Of a stretch of DNA of 24,000 nucleotides, positions 15,342 to 24,000 are shown piece by piece. Source of the DNA: Hyphomicrobiaceae bacterium (GTDB lineage Bacteria; Pseudomonadota; Alphaproteobacteria; Rhizobiales; Hyphomicrobiaceae); the NCBI GenBank assembly GCA_041397725.1, contig JAWKVZ010000010.1, positions 9,108 through 33,107 of the forward strand, written 5' to 3'. The notes under the pieces were generated by a model, which had not been told where the DNA came from, did no database searches, and saw only the letters and a program-made list of their open reading frames with translations. The number at the start of each line of letters is the position of its first letter. Position 1 is the first letter of the stretch. The position numbers and the translations under genes are program-made.

Positions 15342-15569
15342 TCACGTCTGGATCTCCATAGCGTTATGCAGTGAATCGATAACCCAATCAATGCGATCGA
15401 GCACGGCCTTCTGCCGCTCCTCGAGGAGGCGGACGCGCTCCTCGGCCAGTTGCAACCGCCGAGCCAGCTCATCGCGTTCCGACTCGAGCTGCTGCAGGCG
15501 AGTTTCCAGATCGTCGGCATCGCCGGTCACAGCGGTGCGCCTCTTCTTCTGACCTGCCGATCCGTTCAT
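15342..15569 (-). CDS. DUF4164-type coiled-coil protein (usual zapA upstream partner in alphaproteobacteria)
   Basis: Start at MNGSAGQKKRR. About 75 aa of heptad-like sequence: LETRLQQLESERDELARRLQLAEERVRLLEERQKAVLDRIDWVIDSL. It ends 6 nt before zapA. Confidence 0.7.
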   Translation of the reverse strand: MNGSAGQKKRRTAVTGDADDLETRLQQLESERDELARRLQLAEERVRLLEERQKAVLDRIDWVIDSLHNAMEIQT

Positions 15570-16108
15570 TGGCTGCCCCCGCTGCCAAATCAGGGCAAAA
15601 CGCCCATTCCCGGCCGCAACGGCATGAGCGTGATGCTGCGCCCTGCCCGCGCGGAGGTCGTCCGCAAGGCGGGCGGCGCCCATCCTTCGCTCCCTCCCGG
15701 TCGTGCCGGAGGTCCGTTCGGTCAGTGCCCTCTAGGAACACGCGTTCGCCGCAAGCCGCCTGACGCGCTCCATCATCGAACATAGGGTGGCGCGGAGGCT
15801 GCGGTCAATCGCTGCAATTGACTGCATGTCGAAAACATGACGGACGTGTTCACAACACACCATCGCGAGCGTTGACAGTGCTTCCAGGCCTCGACAGAGT
15901 GCCGACGGCTCACCCGCACCGAGCGTGCGGCGGCCGGTGTTTCCGAGATGCGGCGCCGCATTCCCGTCGGCTTCGGCGCCGGACCGGGATCGTCTCGGCG
16001 GCTCGGCCAAGACCACCTGCAGATCACCTCTGCTCGCTCTTCGCGCCCACGCGCGGGAGCCGGGCGCCACGGCTGGCGCGAGCGCCAGCGGACCGAAGGA
16101 GAGAGAGA

Positions 16109-17119
16109 ATGACCGTCAAGATTGCAATCTCGGGTTTCGGCCGCATCGGTCGGAATATTCTGAGGGCGATCGCCGAATCCAAGCGCAGCGACGTCAAGGT
16201 GGTGGCGATCAACGACCTGTGCACGCCGAAGGACAATGCGCACCTGTTCAAGTACGACTCGGTGCACGGCCGCTACCCCGGCGAGGTCAAGGTCGACGGC
16301 GACACGCTCGACATCGGCCTCGGCTATACAATCAAGGCGCTTGCCGAGCGCGATCCGCGCAAGCTGCCCTGGAAGGCGATGGACATCGACATCGTCATGG
16401 AGTGCACGGGCATCTTCACCGACCGCGACAAGGCCGCCATGCACCTCGAGGCGGGCGCCAAGCGCGTGCTGGTATCGGCTCCCGCGAAGGGCGCAGACCT
16501 CACGGTCGTCTACGGCGTCAATCACGACAAGCTCAGCGCCGACCACAAGGTCGTCTCGAACGCGTCCTGCACGACCAACTGCCTCGCCCCGGTCGCCAAG
16601 GTCCTCAATGATCTCTGCGGCATCAAGTCGGGCTTCATGACCACGGTGCACGCCTACACCAACGACCAGAACGTGCTCGACCAGGCCCACAGCGACATGC
16701 GCCGCGCCCGCGCCGCCGCGCTCTCGATGATTCCGACATCGACGGGTGCCGCCGCCGCCGTCGGCCTCGTCCTGCCCGAGCTCAAGGGCAAGCTCGACGG
16801 CACCGCCATCCGCGTGCCGACGCCGAACGTCTCAGTGATCGACCTCAAGTTCATCCCCGGTCGCGAGACGGCCGTCGACGAGATCAACACGGCCATGGAG
16901 CGCGCTGCCAATCAGGCGCTGAAGGGCGTGCTGGGCGTGACCAAAGAGCCGCTCGTCTCCATCGACTTCAACCACAATCCCCACTCCTCGACCTTCGACA
17001 TGACGCAGACGCAGATCGTCGATGGCAAGCTCGTGCGCGTCCTGAGCTGGTACGACAACGAGTGGGGCTTCTCGAACCGCATGAGTGACACCGCCGTCGC
17101 CATGGCCAAGCTCATCTGA
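16109..17119 (+). CDS. gap: Type I glyceraldehyde-3-phosphate dehydrogenase
   Basis: ATG 16109 follows [26 protein letters not shown], active site [12 protein letters not shown], and [11 protein letters not shown]. The track ORF extension from 15818 is not credible. Confidence 0.96.
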   Translation: MTVKIAISGFGRIGRNILRAIAESKRSDVKVVAINDLCTPKDNAHLFKYDSVHGRYPGEVKVDGDTLDIGLGYTIKALAERDPRKLPWKAMDIDIVMECTGIFTDRDKAAMHLEAGAKRVLVSAPAKGADLTVVYGVNHDKLSADHKVVSNASCTTNCLAPVAKVLNDLCGIKSGFMTTVHAYTNDQNVLDQAHSDMRRARAAALSMIPTSTGAAAAVGLVLPELKGKLDGTAIRVPTPNVSVIDLKFIPGRETAVDEINTAMERAANQALKGVLGVTKEPLVSIDFNHNPHSSTFDMTQTQIVDGKLVRVLSWYDNEWGFSNRMSDTAVAMAKLI

Positions 17120-17143
17120 GCGAGCCAGCGAGGATATGCCAAT

Positions 17144-17181
17144 GCGAGAGCGGGACGGGCCAGCGCCTGTTCCGCTCTCGC
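17144..17181 (+). terminator. Perfect 10-bp inverted repeat (GCGAGAGCGG N18 CCGCTCTCGC) 25 nt after the gap stop; possible terminator or attenuator without a U-tract
   Basis: Read directly from the sequence. No T-run follows, so intrinsic-terminator function is uncertain. Confidence 0.3.
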
Positions 17182-17308
17182 CGTATCAGACCCGCCTCTC
17201 CGGCCGGCGCCCCCAGGAAATCCGGCATTGCCATCGGCCGGGCAGCGGCGGCATGATGCCTTTGGTACGGACAAGCCGCGCACCCAACGAGACCCGAGGA
17301 AACGCTCC

Positions 17309-18967
17309 ATGAACAGGATCACCGGCCGCAGCGCCTTTCTGGCGCTCCTGAAGGACGAGGGCATCACGCATCTCTTCGGCAATCCCGGCACGACGGAATT
17401 GCCGATCATGCATGCTCTCAAGGAGCATCCCGATCTCAACTACGTCCTCGCCCTGCAAGAGAGCCTCGTCGTCGCCATGGCGGACGGCTTCTCGCGCGCC
17501 ACCGGACGCCTCGTTGCCTGCAACGTGCATGTCGCCCCCGGCCTCGGCAACGCGCTCGGCTCGCTCTACAATGCCAAGTTCACGGGCACACCGATGATCC
17601 TGACGGCCGGCCAGCAGGAGCTGGGCCACGGGCTCACCGAGCCACTGCTCTACGATACGCTCGTGCCGATGGCCGAGCCGCTGGTGAAATGGGCGACCGA
17701 GATCCATCGCCTGGAGGACATGCCGCGCATCATCCGCCGCGCCGCCAAGATCGCCATGACGCCGCCGACCGGCCCGGTGTTCATCTCGCTGCCGGGCGAC
17801 ATCCTCAACAACGAGGCCGGCATCGACCTCGGCCAATCGACGCGCATCGAGACACGCGTGCGCCCGTCCGACGAGTTGCTGGAGCGCCTCGCCGACCGCC
17901 TGCTCAAGGCCGAGCGGCCGGTGATCATCTGCGGCGACGAGGTCGTGAAGAGCGACGCACTCGAGGAGGCGGCCGCCTTCGCCGAGACGCTGGGGGCACC
18001 GGCCTACCAGCAGACCTGCCCTTACGGAGCCCACTTCCTCTCCGAGCGAGCGACCTTCATGGGAGCGCTCTCGCGCGACCAGAAGCAGGTGCGCTCGGTC
18101 CTCGAGCCCTACGACCTCATGATCGTCGTGGGCGCCGACGTGCTGCGCATGTCGGTGTGGAGCGAGACGGATCCCATGCCGCCGGGCCTCTCTCACGTGC
18201 AGATCGGCCTCGTCGACTGGGAGATGGGCAAGAACTATTCGCCAGAGATGGCCATTCTCGCCGATGTCCGGGAGACGCTCGCGGCCCTCATCCCGGTGCT
18301 GCGGCGCAAGGGTGGCGCGGCGCTCGAAGCCCGCGCGAAGGCGGCCGTGGCGGCGCTCGCCGACAAGAACTGGTCCGCCAGGCGTGCAAAGCTCAAGACG
18401 CAGATCGACGCGGCTCCCCCGGGCAAGCCGATCGCCCCGGACTGGATGACACTGCGGATCGCCGAAGCCCTGCCCAAGGATGCCATCGTGGTCAACGAAG
18501 GCCTGACCTCGGCCCGCCTCATCAACGACCTCGTCCCCTATCGGGACCGCTACTCCTTCCACGGTCTCGCCTCGGGCGGCATCGGCTGGGGCATTGCGGC
18601 GGCGGTCGGCGTGCAGATCGCCCATCCCGATCGCCGCGTGGTTGCCGTCATCGGCGACGGCAGTGCCATGTACTCGGTGCAGGCACTGTGGACGGCCGCA
18701 CATCTCAAGCTGCCGCTCACCTACATCATCTGCAACAACGGCGGCTATCGCATCATCAAGCAGCGCCTGCTGGCCTTCCACGGCAACGACCAGTTCATCG
18801 GCATGGACTTCAAGGACCCGGCCATCGACTGGGTCGGGCTGGCAAGCTCGATGGGCGTCACCGCGACGCGCGTGACCGATCCGGACCAGTTGAAGCCGGC
18901 GCTCGAGGCAGCGCTCGCCAATCCCGGCCCCAACCTGCTGGACGTGGTCGTCGACGGCAAGGTCTGA
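17309..18967 (+). CDS. Thiamine-pyrophosphate enzyme, benzoylformate decarboxylase-like (POX/ALS/BFD superfamily)
   Basis: Start at MNRITGRSAFLALLKDEGITHLFGNPGTTELPIMHAL (GAGGAA RBS), 552 aa. The N-terminal PYR domain aligns by eye with Pseudomonas putida MdlC (..FGNPGSNELPFL.., LTAGQQ, LVKW). The TPP-binding motif is GDGSAMYSVQALWTAAHLKLPLTYIICNNGGY. Substrate not inferable. Confidence 0.8.
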   Translation: MNRITGRSAFLALLKDEGITHLFGNPGTTELPIMHALKEHPDLNYVLALQESLVVAMADGFSRATGRLVACNVHVAPGLGNALGSLYNAKFTGTPMILTAGQQELGHGLTEPLLYDTLVPMAEPLVKWATEIHRLEDMPRIIRRAAKIAMTPPTGPVFISLPGDILNNEAGIDLGQSTRIETRVRPSDELLERLADRLLKAERPVIICGDEVVKSDALEEAAAFAETLGAPAYQQTCPYGAHFLSERATFMGALSRDQKQVRSVLEPYDLMIVVGADVLRMSVWSETDPMPPGLSHVQIGLVDWEMGKNYSPEMAILADVRETLAALIPVLRRKGGAALEARAKAAVAALADKNWSARRAKLKTQIDAAPPGKPIAPDWMTLRIAEALPKDAIVVNEGLTSARLINDLVPYRDRYSFHGLASGGIGWGIAAAVGVQIAHPDRRVVAVIGDGSAMYSVQALWTAAHLKLPLTYIICNNGGYRIIKQRLLAFHGNDQFIGMDFKDPAIDWVGLASSMGVTATRVTDPDQLKPALEAALANPGPNLLDVVVDGKV

Positions 18968-18986
18968 AGCGCATCCCCAGGTTCGC

Positions 18987-19008
18987 AGGCCGGCCCCGGC
19001 GCCGGCCT
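18987..19008 (+). terminator. GC hairpin AGGCCGGC-N6-GCCGGCCT 20 nt after the TPP-enzyme stop; possible terminator lacking a U-tract
   Basis: 8-bp perfect stem read from the sequence, followed by CTGGCCTTGCAC. Confidence 0.3.
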
Positions 19009-19085
19009 CTGGCCTTGCACTTGCATCCAGGCTATCAGAGGCCGCATCGAATTCCTCAACGACCCGATCCTCACGGAGAGTATCC

Positions 19086-20105
19086 ATGACGCAGACGCTC
19101 GAGCAGATCGCCCAGGCCATGGTGGCGCCCGGCAAAGGCATTCTCGCCGCCGACGAGAGCACCGGCACCATCAAGCGCCGGTTCGACTCCATCAAGACCG
19201 AGTCGACGGAGAACAGCCGCCGCGACTACCGCGAGATGCTGTTCCGCTGCACCGACGCCATGAAGAACCACATCTCCGGCGTCATCCTCTACGACGAGAC
19301 GCTGCGCCAGAAGGCCAAGGACGGCACGCCGCTCGCCAAGGTCATCGCCGACACCGGTGCACTGCCCGGCATCAAGGTCGACAAGGGCACCAAGCCCCTG
19401 CAGTTCTGCCCGGCGGAGGTCGTGACCGAAGGGCTCGACGGCCTGCCCGACCGCGTCAAGGAGTACGTCGGCCTCGGCGCCAAGTTCGCCAAATGGCGCG
19501 CCGTCATCGACATCGGCAACGGCATCCCCTCCTACACCTGCATCAAGACCAACGCCCACGCGCTCGCCCGCTATGCCGCCATCTGCCTCGAGGGCGGCCT
19601 CGTGCCGATCGTCGAGCCGGAGGTGCTGATGGACGGCACCCATGACATCGACCGCTGCGCCGAGGTCACCGAGTGGGTGCTCAAGGAGGTCTACCAGGAG
19701 CTCTACTACAATCGCGTCACACTCGAGCAGACCGTCCTGAAGCCCAACATGGTCATCGCCGGCAAGAAGTCGCCGAAGCAGGCGGGCCACGAGGAGGTGG
19801 CCGAGAAGACGCTCATGGTTCTGAAGCGCACCGTGCCGGCCGCCGTGCCGGGCATCGCCTTCCTTTCGGGTGGCCAGTCCGACGAGGACGCGACGGCGCA
19901 CCTTCACTACATGAACGCCATGGGCCCGAACCCCTGGAAGCTGTCGTTCTCCTATGGCCGTGCGCTTCAGGCCGCGGCACTCAAGGCCTGGAGCGGCAAG
20001 GCGGAGAACGTGGCCGCCGGACAGCGGGCCTTCTCGCATCGCGCCCGCATGAACGGCCTCGCCGCCTCCGGCAAGTGGAAGCCGGAGCTCGAGAAGGTGG
20101 CTTAA
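19086..20105 (+). CDS. fba: Class I fructose-bisphosphate aldolase
   Basis: 339 aa. GKGILAADESTGTIKRRF, PGIKVDKG, the Schiff-base lysine context LEQTVLKPNMV, and FLSGGQS. Confidence 0.95.
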   Translation: MTQTLEQIAQAMVAPGKGILAADESTGTIKRRFDSIKTESTENSRRDYREMLFRCTDAMKNHISGVILYDETLRQKAKDGTPLAKVIADTGALPGIKVDKGTKPLQFCPAEVVTEGLDGLPDRVKEYVGLGAKFAKWRAVIDIGNGIPSYTCIKTNAHALARYAAICLEGGLVPIVEPEVLMDGTHDIDRCAEVTEWVLKEVYQELYYNRVTLEQTVLKPNMVIAGKKSPKQAGHEEVAEKTLMVLKRTVPAAVPGIAFLSGGQSDEDATAHLHYMNAMGPNPWKLSFSYGRALQAAALKAWSGKAENVAAGQRAFSHRARMNGLAASGKWKPELEKVA

Positions 20106-20152
20106 GATCCGAGCGTCCTCTCTGGACGAGCCTCACGACGGGCTTCATTGAA

Positions 20153-20192
20153 AGCGCCGCCCCGGAGCACTCCGGGGCGGCGCTGTTTTTTT
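20153..20192 (+). terminator. Rho-independent terminator of fba
   Basis: AGCGCCGCCCCGGAG-CA-CTCCGGGGCGGCGCT (14-15 bp stem) followed by GTTTTTTT. It sits between convergent genes, so it may also serve the minus-strand operon. Confidence 0.9.
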
Positions 20193-20224
20193 CGGCGCGA
20201 GGTGGTGACGACCCGGCGATGCCG

Positions 20225-20812
20225 TCAGCGCGCCTGCGCCACGGGGATGCGGCCGGCGATGGTGTGTTTGCCGCCCTTCGGATCGATCCTGAGAATGATC
20301 ATTTCTCCCGACGACACCGCGGTATCGGTGAGCGCGCTGATATTGAACTGATGCGTCACCAGCACATGCAGCTCGCCGGCGGGAATGGCGGAGATGTAGC
20401 GGCGAAGCTCGGAAGTGCGCGCGCGGTCCTTGCTGGGATCGTGGTAGAGCGAGTTCAGGAACGTCCGCTCCTCCACCTTTCCGAGGCCGAGCAACTCCGC
20501 CGTCTCGCGGCAGCGGCACCACTCACTCGAGAGCACGCGCGCCACCTTGATGCCGCGCCGCCTGAACGCCTCCCCGAGCCGGCGGGCCTCGGCGCGCCCG
20601 GTGGCGTCGAGATTGCGTTGCGTCGTGCAGTCGCCGAGCTTGAAGCGGGCGGGATCGCCGGTGCCGGGCGCCGTGGCGTGGCGGATGAGAACCACGTAGC
20701 CGGACGTCGCGACGAGCTTCCACGCCGCCTCGCCCCTGACCTCACGCGCGGAGGCGGCGGCGGGCGCCAGCGTCACGAGCGCCAGCAGTGCCGCCACGAC
20801 GAGCGCCTTCAA
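20225..20812 (-). CDS. Histidine phosphatase family protein (phosphoglycerate-mutase-like) with signal peptide
   Basis: Start assigned to TTG 20812, 6 nt after GGAGGA, giving MKALVVAALLALVTLAPAAASA. It has an RHA(x)APG phosphatase motif (VVLIRHATAPGTGDP) and LVTHQFNI. The 330-aa track ORF is an artefactual 5' extension over the DUF1178 gene. Confidence 0.75.
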   Translation of the reverse strand: MKALVVAALLALVTLAPAAASAREVRGEAAWKLVATSGYVVLIRHATAPGTGDPARFKLGDCTTQRNLDATGRAEARRLGEAFRRRGIKVARVLSSEWCRCRETAELLGLGKVEERTFLNSLYHDPSKDRARTSELRRYISAIPAGELHVLVTHQFNISALTDTAVSSGEMIILRIDPKGGKHTIAGRIPVAQAR

Positions 20813-21264
20813 TTGCGGTCCTCCGGCAGCACGGGGATCGGATAGCATGGCACGCCCTCCTCCTCGAGCTCCTGCACCTCGCTCGGCGACGCCTCGCCGT
20901 AAATGCCGCGCGGCTCGCTTTCCTCGTAATGGATCTTGCGGGCCTCCTCCGCGAAGCGCGGCCCGACGTACTCCGACTTCGCCAGAACCTCGTCGCGCAC
21001 CTTGCGCAGCGCCTCCAGCATCTTGCGCTGTTCCTCTGGCATGCCCGCCGCCTGCGTCATCGCGGGCGCTGGCGCCGCCACGGGCTGTGCGCTCTCGGAC
21101 TTGGAGACGATTCCGGGCGCCATCAGCGCCTTCTCGACATTGTTGGAGCCGCAGTCGGGGCATGTCACCTGCTTGCGCTTGGCCTGCCGGTCGTAGGTCG
21201 CGCTGTTGCGGAACCACGCTTCAAATTCGTGCCCCTTCTTGCACACCAGACGGTATCGGATCAT
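20809..21264 (-). CDS. DUF1178 family zinc-ribbon protein
   Basis: 151 aa. MIRYRLVCKKGHEFEAWFRNSATYDRQAKRKQVTCPDCGS is the family-typical N-terminus. Its ATGA overlaps the upstream hydrolase stop. Confidence 0.8.
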   Translation of the reverse strand: MIRYRLVCKKGHEFEAWFRNSATYDRQAKRKQVTCPDCGSNNVEKALMAPGIVSKSESAQPVAAPAPAMTQAAGMPEEQRKMLEALRKVRDEVLAKSEYVGPRFAEEARKIHYEESEPRGIYGEASPSEVQELEEEGVPCYPIPVLPEDRN

Positions 21265-22142
21265 GTGACCTCCGACGCCCTCTTCTGCGCCGCCGCCTCC
21301 ACGACCTCGAACTCCCGATCGTGCTCGAGCGACGGCACGCGCTGTCGCGCCTCCTCCACCTTGGCGCAGTCGACATCAGCGAACACGACCATCGGATCGA
21401 TGCCGCCCTCCGCGACGACCTCGCCCCAGGGGGCCACGACCAGCGAATGGCCGAACGTGGCGCGGCCGTTCTCGTGACGTCCGCCCTGCGCCGCTGCCAG
21501 CACCCAGCACCCCGTCTCGATCGCCCGCGCCCGCAGCAGCACGTGCCAGTGGGCCTCGCCGGTCTGGCGCGTGAAGGCCGAGGGCACCGTCAGCACCTGC
21601 GCACCCGCCTTCGCCAGCGCCCGGTAAAGATGAGAGAAGCGCAGGTCGTAGCAGATGGTGATACCGAGCCGGCACCACGGCAGATCGGCCACCACCGCCG
21701 TGGCGCCCGGCGCGAAATTACGCGACTCGCGATAGCTCTCGCCGCCCGGCAACGTCACGTCGAACATGTGCAGCTTATCGTAGCGCGCGACGATGACGCC
21801 CTTCGGGTCGATCAGCAGCGCACGGTTGGCGATCTTGTCGGCGCTGACCGCGACGCCGACCGAGCCGAGGTGCAGCCAGATGCCGAGTTCACGCGCCAGG
21901 GCGCGATAATGCGCGAGGACGGGGTTGCCCTCCTCGGGACGCGTCGCCACGAACAGCCGGGCGCGGTCCATCTCCATGATGTTGGTATTTTCCGGCGTCT
22001 GCACGTACTGGGCACCGCCACGGGCCGCCGCGCGGATCAGATCCGTCGTCGCAACGAGATTGGCCTCGACGTCGCGCCCCGTCCTGAGCTGCACGAGGCC
22101 GACCCGGAAGCGCCCACTGGCCCCAGCCGGTTGCGTGGTCAT
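21261..22142 (-). CDS. Carbon-nitrogen hydrolase (nitrilase superfamily, Nit/omega-amidase-like)
   Basis: 293 aa with the catalytic triad context: TPENTNIM (Glu), YDKLHMFD (Lys) and ITICYDLRF (Cys). Confidence 0.85.
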   Translation of the reverse strand: MTTQPAGASGRFRVGLVQLRTGRDVEANLVATTDLIRAAARGGAQYVQTPENTNIMEMDRARLFVATRPEEGNPVLAHYRALARELGIWLHLGSVGVAVSADKIANRALLIDPKGVIVARYDKLHMFDVTLPGGESYRESRNFAPGATAVVADLPWCRLGITICYDLRFSHLYRALAKAGAQVLTVPSAFTRQTGEAHWHVLLRARAIETGCWVLAAAQGGRHENGRATFGHSLVVAPWGEVVAEGGIDPMVVFADVDCAKVEEARQRVPSLEHDREFEVVEAAAQKRASEVT

Positions 22143-22423
22143 GCCTTGCTCCCATTCCCTTGCCCATCACCTGCCAGGAGCGGATCGAGCTCGCCCTTGG
22201 CATCGAGCGCGTAGAGATCGTCACAGCCTCCTACGTGGCGCTCGCCGATCCAGATCTGCGGCACCGTGTGACGCCCACCGGCCTTCTCGCGCATCTCGGC
22301 GCGACGGGACGAATCGAACGTGACATCGATTTCGTCCACCTCGGCCCCTTTGGCGCCGAGCAGACGCTTGGCGCTGTAGCAATAGGGGCACATCATCGTC
22401 GTGTAGATCGTAACCTTCGCCAT
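22139..22423 (-). CDS. grxC: Glutaredoxin 3
   Basis: Start at MAKVTIYTTMMCPYCYSAKRLL (CPYC active site), then TVPQIWIGERHVGGCDDL, 94 aa. The track ORF extension to 22609 is not credible. Confidence 0.92.
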   Translation of the reverse strand: MAKVTIYTTMMCPYCYSAKRLLGAKGAEVDEIDVTFDSSRRAEMREKAGGRHTVPQIWIGERHVGGCDDLYALDAKGELDPLLAGDGQGNGSKA

Positions 22424-22522
22424 GCGCGAATCCAATCCGTGATCGTGGGAGAACGCGAGCGCAAACCCGGCACGCAGTGTCCGTAGTGCCGACAGTGTAA
22501 CAGGAATCCAGAATCTAAAGCG

Positions 22523-22538
22523 CCATCGGCCCCGATGG
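22523..22538 (-). terminator. Candidate terminator hairpin after comF (CCATCGG-GG-CCGATGG)
   Basis: The hairpin begins 6 nt downstream of the comF stop. On the minus strand it is followed by CGCTTTAGATTCTGG, a weak U-tract. Confidence 0.35.
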
Positions 22539-22544
22539 AAGCCG

Positions 22545-23312
22545 TCACGTTCCCACGAGCACGGCATCCGTGACCATGGCCAGGGCCACGACGTCGACCC
22601 GTGCCGCACCGGCGGCTCTCAGCACCCTGGCACAGGCCTCGACGGTGGCGCCCGTCGTGATGACATCATCCACGAGCAGAATCCGGAGGTCGTCGACCGG
22701 CCGGCTCGGCCGCGTCCGCAGGGCGAATGCGCCCGCGACATTGCGGCGGCGCTGATCATGGGTAAGGCCGACCTGAGACGGGGTCCGGCGCCGGCGCACC
22801 AGCAGCGTCGGATCGTGCCGCACCCCCGTCAGGCGCGCCAGCTCGCCGGACAGGATCGCCGCTTGGTTGTAGCGGCGCGACAGCAGACGCCAGCGATGCA
22901 GGGGCACCGGCACGATCAGATCGAGGTCGGCGCGCAACGGCGCACTCGCCTGCTCGAGCCATCGCCCGAACAAGCGGCGGGCATCGTGCCGGTCGCCATA
23001 CTTGAACTGATGGAGCAGTTGCCGGATGACGCCATCGTAGCGCGCCACTGCCCGCGCCCGATCGTAGGCGGGCGGAGAGGCCATGGCCGCTGCCGACAGC
23101 ATGGGACCGCCGGTATCATAGGGCATCGGCAGGCCGAGCCGATCACACAGCGGCGCGCGGATGAAATCGATCCCGCGCCAGCATGCGGCGCACAACGCAT
23201 CGTGTCGGGCGATGGGCTCCCGGCAGGACAGGCAGACGGGCGGCAGCACATACTCGCCGAGGCGGTGCAGAGTCCGCGCGAGCGCTCCCCGTGCCTCTGC
23301 GATCGTCGCCAT
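22545..23312 (-). CDS. comF: ComF family protein (phosphoribosyltransferase domain)
   Basis: 255 aa with N-terminal Cys pairs (CLSCREP...CAACW) and the C-terminal PRPP motif ILLVDDVITTGATVEACARVL. Confidence 0.88.
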   Translation of the reverse strand: MATIAEARGALARTLHRLGEYVLPPVCLSCREPIARHDALCAACWRGIDFIRAPLCDRLGLPMPYDTGGPMLSAAAMASPPAYDRARAVARYDGVIRQLLHQFKYGDRHDARRLFGRWLEQASAPLRADLDLIVPVPLHRWRLLSRRYNQAAILSGELARLTGVRHDPTLLVRRRRTPSQVGLTHDQRRRNVAGAFALRTRPSRPVDDLRILLVDDVITTGATVEACARVLRAAGAARVDVVALAMVTDAVLVGT

Positions 23313-23343
23313 CGCCCTCGCCTACACTAACCAACCGGCAACC

Positions 23344-24000
23344 ATGCTAAGCTTGAAGGAAGATCCCTGGCTAGCCCTCAATAGGCTCAAACAGTCGAGC
23401 TTGCCCGTGCGCGCCCCTCCGACCGATCAGGCCCTTTTCGACCGCACCCTGGTCCTGCAGCGACGCCGCAGGGCCGCCGCCGCGCTGCCCCGGCACGACT
23501 TCCTCTTGCGCCATGCCGCCGACGAGATCGCCTTCCGCATCTCGGCCGTGCTGCGCCAATTCCCCAGGGCGCTCGACCTCGGAGCACATCACGGCCTCAT
23601 CGCGCGCACGCTCGCGGAGAACGCGGCGATCGGTCAGGTTATCGCTCTCGATCCCTGCCCCGATCTGTTGCGCGCCTCGCCCGGTCCCACCGTCTGCGCC
23701 TACGAGGAGTTGTTGCCCTTCGCGGACGCCTCGCTCGATCTGGTGGTGTCGGCCTTCGGTCTGCAATTCGTCAACGATCTGCCGGGGGCTCTGATCCAGA
23801 TCCGGCGCGCGCTCAGGCCGGACGGTCTGTTCCTCGCGGCGATCCTCGGCGGTCGCACGCTGGGCGAACTCGCCGACGCGCTCCTCTCGGCCGAAGCCTG
23901 GCTCACAGGTGGCGCCAGTCCGCGCGTAGGGCCCTTTGCGGATGTCCGCGATCTCGGCGCGCTCTTGCAGCGGGCAGGTTTCGCGCTACCGGTGGCGGAC
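23344..24000 (+). CDS. Class I SAM-dependent methyltransferase (partial, runs off the right edge)
   Basis: Own translation: ..PPTDQALFDRTLVLQRRRRAAA...ALDLGAHHGLIARTL...LPFADASLDLVVSAFGLQFVNDLPGALIQIRRALRPDGLFLAAILGG. These are SAM-MTase motifs I and post-I-III, as in the BioC/NDUFAF5-like group divergent from comF in alphaproteobacteria. The start is ambiguous (ATG 23344 or GTG 23407). Confidence 0.75.
   Translation, partial: MLSLKEDPWLALNRLKQSSLPVRAPPTDQALFDRTLVLQRRRRAAAALPRHDFLLRHAADEIAFRISAVLRQFPRALDLGAHHGLIARTLAENAAIGQVIALDPCPDLLRASPGPTVCAYEELLPFADASLDLVVSAFGLQFVNDLPGALIQIRRALRPDGLFLAAILGGRTLGELADALLSAEAWLTGGASPRVGPFADVRDLGALLQRAGFALPVAD

Noticed and set aside
17186-19195. 669-aa minus-strand ORF, plus the 466-aa plus-strand out-of-frame ORF at 17689-19089
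   Set aside because: They lie antisense to or out of frame with the TPP enzyme gene. Their composition is low-complexity Arg/Gly/Asp-rich with no recognisable domain.
20847-22214. 455-aa plus-strand ORF, plus the 390-aa ORF at 19673-20845 and the 322-aa minus-strand ORF at 19071-20039
   Set aside because: They are shadows of the DUF1178/hydrolase/grxC genes and of fba. The sequences are Arg/Pro/Ala-rich and lack RBSs.
1-24000. CRISPR arrays, IS elements or transposases, rRNA genes, prophage structural genes
   Set aside because: No regularly spaced repeats, no transposase-like ORFs, and no rRNA-like sequence were seen anywhere in the window.

Overview
High-GC chromosomal segment whose gene content and synteny look alphaproteobacterial, probably Rhizobiales-like (inference only). 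Most of the window (about 2.5-24 kb) is ordinary housekeeping DNA. It holds a class I PHA synthase preceded by a small coupled ORF, a tdh-kbl threonine-degradation operon, and a two-domain PPK2. It also holds a secreted CHAP/NlpC-like protein with a hyperbasic Arg/Tyr/Thr tract, then ruvC-ruvA (no ruvB) and yebC. On the minus strand there is a DUF4164-zapA-[noncoding gap]-membrane protein-ygfA-ymdB string, and the gap is the expected position of 6S RNA. Further right are gap, a benzoylformate-decarboxylase-like TPP enzyme and class I fba, then a histidine phosphatase/DUF1178/C-N hydrolase/grxC/comF block and a partial methyltransferase. The only clearly accessory part is the left 2.4 kb, which abuts the 3' end of tRNA-Arg(CCT). 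It carries a small serine recombinase co-transcribed with a Phd/YefM antitoxin and a PemK/MazF-like toxin from a strong AT-rich promoter. It also has a roughly 440-bp lower-GC stretch with no convincing gene, and a divergent GHKL-type ATPase gene that runs off the window and appears frameshifted. I see no CRISPR array, transposase, IS element or rRNA. I found no complete, clearly novel multi-gene system. The best leads are the tRNA-adjacent islet, the 6S RNA candidate, the hyperbasic CHAP protein and the remodelled gap-fba cluster. Many long ORFs in the supplied track are opposite-strand or out-of-frame shadows typical of high-GC DNA and were not called.
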